A stretch of 64,000 nucleotides of DNA from Nemertoderma westbladi (lineage: Eukaryota > Animalia > Xenacoelomorpha): positions 1-64,000 of the forward strand of contig JAUCBJ010000069.1 of NCBI GenBank assembly GCA_032718475.1, in the 5' to 3' direction. A program made the position numbers and the translations under genes. Shown piece by piece: positions 61,401-64,000 of this stretch. The notes below the pieces were generated by a model. It was not told where the DNA came from, did not search any database, and was given only the letters and a program-made list of their open reading frames with translations. Each line of letters starts with the position of its first letter. The stretch's first letter is position 1.

Positions 61401-64000
61401 CTAAAACCTCACTGCCACACGGCTACTCTATACAACACAAGGTGCTATTTAACCTAAAACCTCACTGCCACACGGCTACTCTATACAACACAAGGTGCTA
61501 TTTAACCTAAAACCTCACTGCCACACGGCTACTCTATACAACACAAGGTGCTATTTAACCTAAAACCTCACTGCCACACGGCTACTCTACAACACAAGGT
61601 GCTATTTAACCTAAAACCTCACTGCCACACGGCTACTCTATACAACACAAGGTGCTATTTAACCTAAAACCTCACTGCCACACGGCTACTCTATACAACA
61701 CAAGGTGCTATTTAACCTAAAACCTCACTGCCACACGGCTACTCTATACAACACAAGGTGCTATTTAACCTAAAACCTCACTGCCACACGGCTACTCTAT
61801 ACAACACAAGGTGCTATTTAACCTAAAACCTCACTGCCACACGGCTACTCTATACAACACAAGGTGCTATTTAACCTAAAACCTCACTGCCACACGGCTA
61901 CTCTATACAACACAAGGTGCTATTTAACCTAAAACCTCACTGCCACACGGCTACTCTATACAACACAAGGTGCTATTTAACCTAAAACCTCACTGCCACA
62001 CGGCTACTCTTACAACACAAGGTGCTATTTAACCTAAAACCTCACTGCCACACGGCTACTCTATACAACACAAGGTGCTATTTAACCTAAAACCTCACTG
62101 CCACACGGCTACTCTATACAACACAAGGTGCTATTTAACCTAAAACCTCACTGTCACACGGCTACTCTATACAACACAAGGTGCTATTTAACCTAAAACC
62201 TCACTGCCACACGGCTACTCTATACAACACAAGGTGCTATTTAACCTAAAACCTCACTGCCACACGGCTACTCTATACAACACAAGGTGCTATTTAACCT
62301 AAAACCTCACTGCCACACGGCTACTCTATACAACACAAGGTGCTATTTAACCTAAAACCTCACTGCCACACGGCTACTCTATACAACACAAGGTGCTATT
62401 TAACCTAAAACCTCACTGCCACACGGCTACTCTAACAACACAAGGTGCTATTTAACCTAAAACCTCACTGCCACACGGCTACTCTATACAACACAAGGTG
62501 CTATTTAACCTAAAACCTCACTGCCACACGGCTACTCTATACAACACAAGGTGCTATTTAACCTAAAACCTCGCTGTCACACGGCTACTCTATACAACAC
62601 AAGGTGCTATTTAACCTAAAACCTCACTGCCACACGGCTACTCTACAACACAAGGTGCTATTTAACCTAAAACCTCACTGTCACACGGCTACTCTATACA
62701 ACACAAGGTGCTATTTAACCTAAAACCTCACTGCCACACGGCTACTCTATACAACACAAGGTTGCTATTTAACCTAAAACCTCACTGTCACACGGCTACT
62801 CTATACAACACAAGGTGCTATTTAACCTAAAACCTCACTGCCACACGGCTACTCTACAACACAAGGTGCTATTTAACCTAAAACCTCACTGCCACACGGC
62901 TACTCTATACAACACAAGGTGCTATTTAACCTAAAACCTCACTGCCACACGGCTACTCTATACAACACAAGGTTGCTATTTAACCTAAAACCTCACTGCC
63001 ACACGGCTACTCTATACAACACAAGGTGCTATTTAACCTAAAACCTCACTGCCACACGGCTACTCTATACAACACAAGGTGCTATTTAACCTAAAACCTC
63101 ACTGCCACACGGCTACTCTATACAACACAAGGTGCTATTTAACCTAAAACCTCACTGCCACACGGCTACTCTACAACACAAGGTGCTATTTAACCTAAAA
63201 CCTCACTGCCACACGGCTACTCTATACAACACAAGGTGCTATTTAACCTAAAACCTCACTGCCACACGGCTACTCTATACAACACAAGGTGCTATTTAAC
63301 CTAAAACCTCACTGCCACACGGCTACTCTACAACACAAGGTGCTATTTAACCTAAAACCTCACTGCCACACGGCTACTCTATACAACACAAGGTGCTATT
63401 TAACCTAAAACCTCACTGCCACACGGCTACTCTATACAACACAAGGTGCTATTTAACCTAAAACCTCACTGCCACACGGCTACTCTATACAACACAAGGT
63501 GCTATTTAACCTAAAACCTCGCTGCCACACGGCTACTCTATACAACACAAGGTTGCTATTTAACCTAAAACCTCGCTGCCACACGGCTACTCTACAACAC
63601 AAGGTGCTATTTAACCTAAAACCTCACTGCCACACGGCTACTCTATACAACACAAGGTGCTATTTAACCTAAAACCTCACTGCCACACGGCTACTCTATA
63701 CAACACAAGGTGCTATTTAACCTAAAACCCCGCTGCCACACGGCTACTCTAACAACACAAGGTGCTATTTAACCTAAAACCTCACTGCCACACGGCTACT
63801 CTATACAACACAAGGTGCTATTTAACCTAAAACCTCACTGCCACACGGCTACTCTATACAACACAAGGTTGCTATTTAACCTAAAACCTCACTGCCACAC
63901 GGCTACTCTATACAACACAAGGTGCTATTTAACCTAAAACCTCACTGCCACACGGCTACTCTATACAACACAAGGTGCTATTTAACCTAAAACCTCGCTG
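31441..64000. repeat. 53-bp satellite array (51-54-bp variants), over 600 copies, continuing past the window end
   Basis: Consensus GGCTACTCTATACAACACAAGGTGCTATTTAACCTAAAACCTCACTG(C/T)CACAC, all head to tail in one orientation, with no interspersed unique sequence seen. Confidence 0.99.

Noticed and set aside
31441-64000. Many LFNLKPHCHTATL ORFs in the satellite as genes
   Set aside because: They arise where 51- and 54-bp units keep the frame open, start at GTG/TTG, and have no unique sequence.
31441-64000. True telomeric repeat tract
   Set aside because: The TTAGG-like motif is only a small part of a 53-bp unit; no pure (TTAGG)n or (TTAGGG)n run is present.

Overview
Eukaryotic, probably invertebrate, repeat-rich DNA; the taxon cannot be fixed from the sequence. 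Left to right: (1) the 5' part of a minus-strand BEL/Pao-like LTR retrotransposon (gag ORF running off the left edge, about 2.2 kb leader, putative 5' LTR); (2) 54-bp and 25-bp minisatellites; (3) a PIF/Harbinger-type MITE with TTA target-site duplication (TSD); (4) RTE-clade LINE fragments; (5) a single-exon ATG13 ORF, the only host gene; (6) a decayed CR1/L2-like LINE fragment interrupted by a full-length 16 kb BEL/Pao element (15388-31440); (7) a 53-bp satellite that begins at the base after the 3' LTR and fills the last 32.5 kb, with higher-order duplications. The most unusual signals are in the BEL/Pao elements. There is no tRNA primer-binding site (PBS); a CAATAA-N3/4-TTATTGA hairpin sits at the LTR/leader junction and appears to be shared by both elements. 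The full element also has an 11-nt LTR-internal complement of that site (Tf1-like self-priming candidate), a 3.1 kb module after pol bracketed by duplicated PPT+TGTA motifs and carrying a decayed triple CCHC zinc-knuckle/NLS ORF, a non-homologous cassette that differs between its two LTRs, and no matching TSD. All calls were made by eye without database searches.
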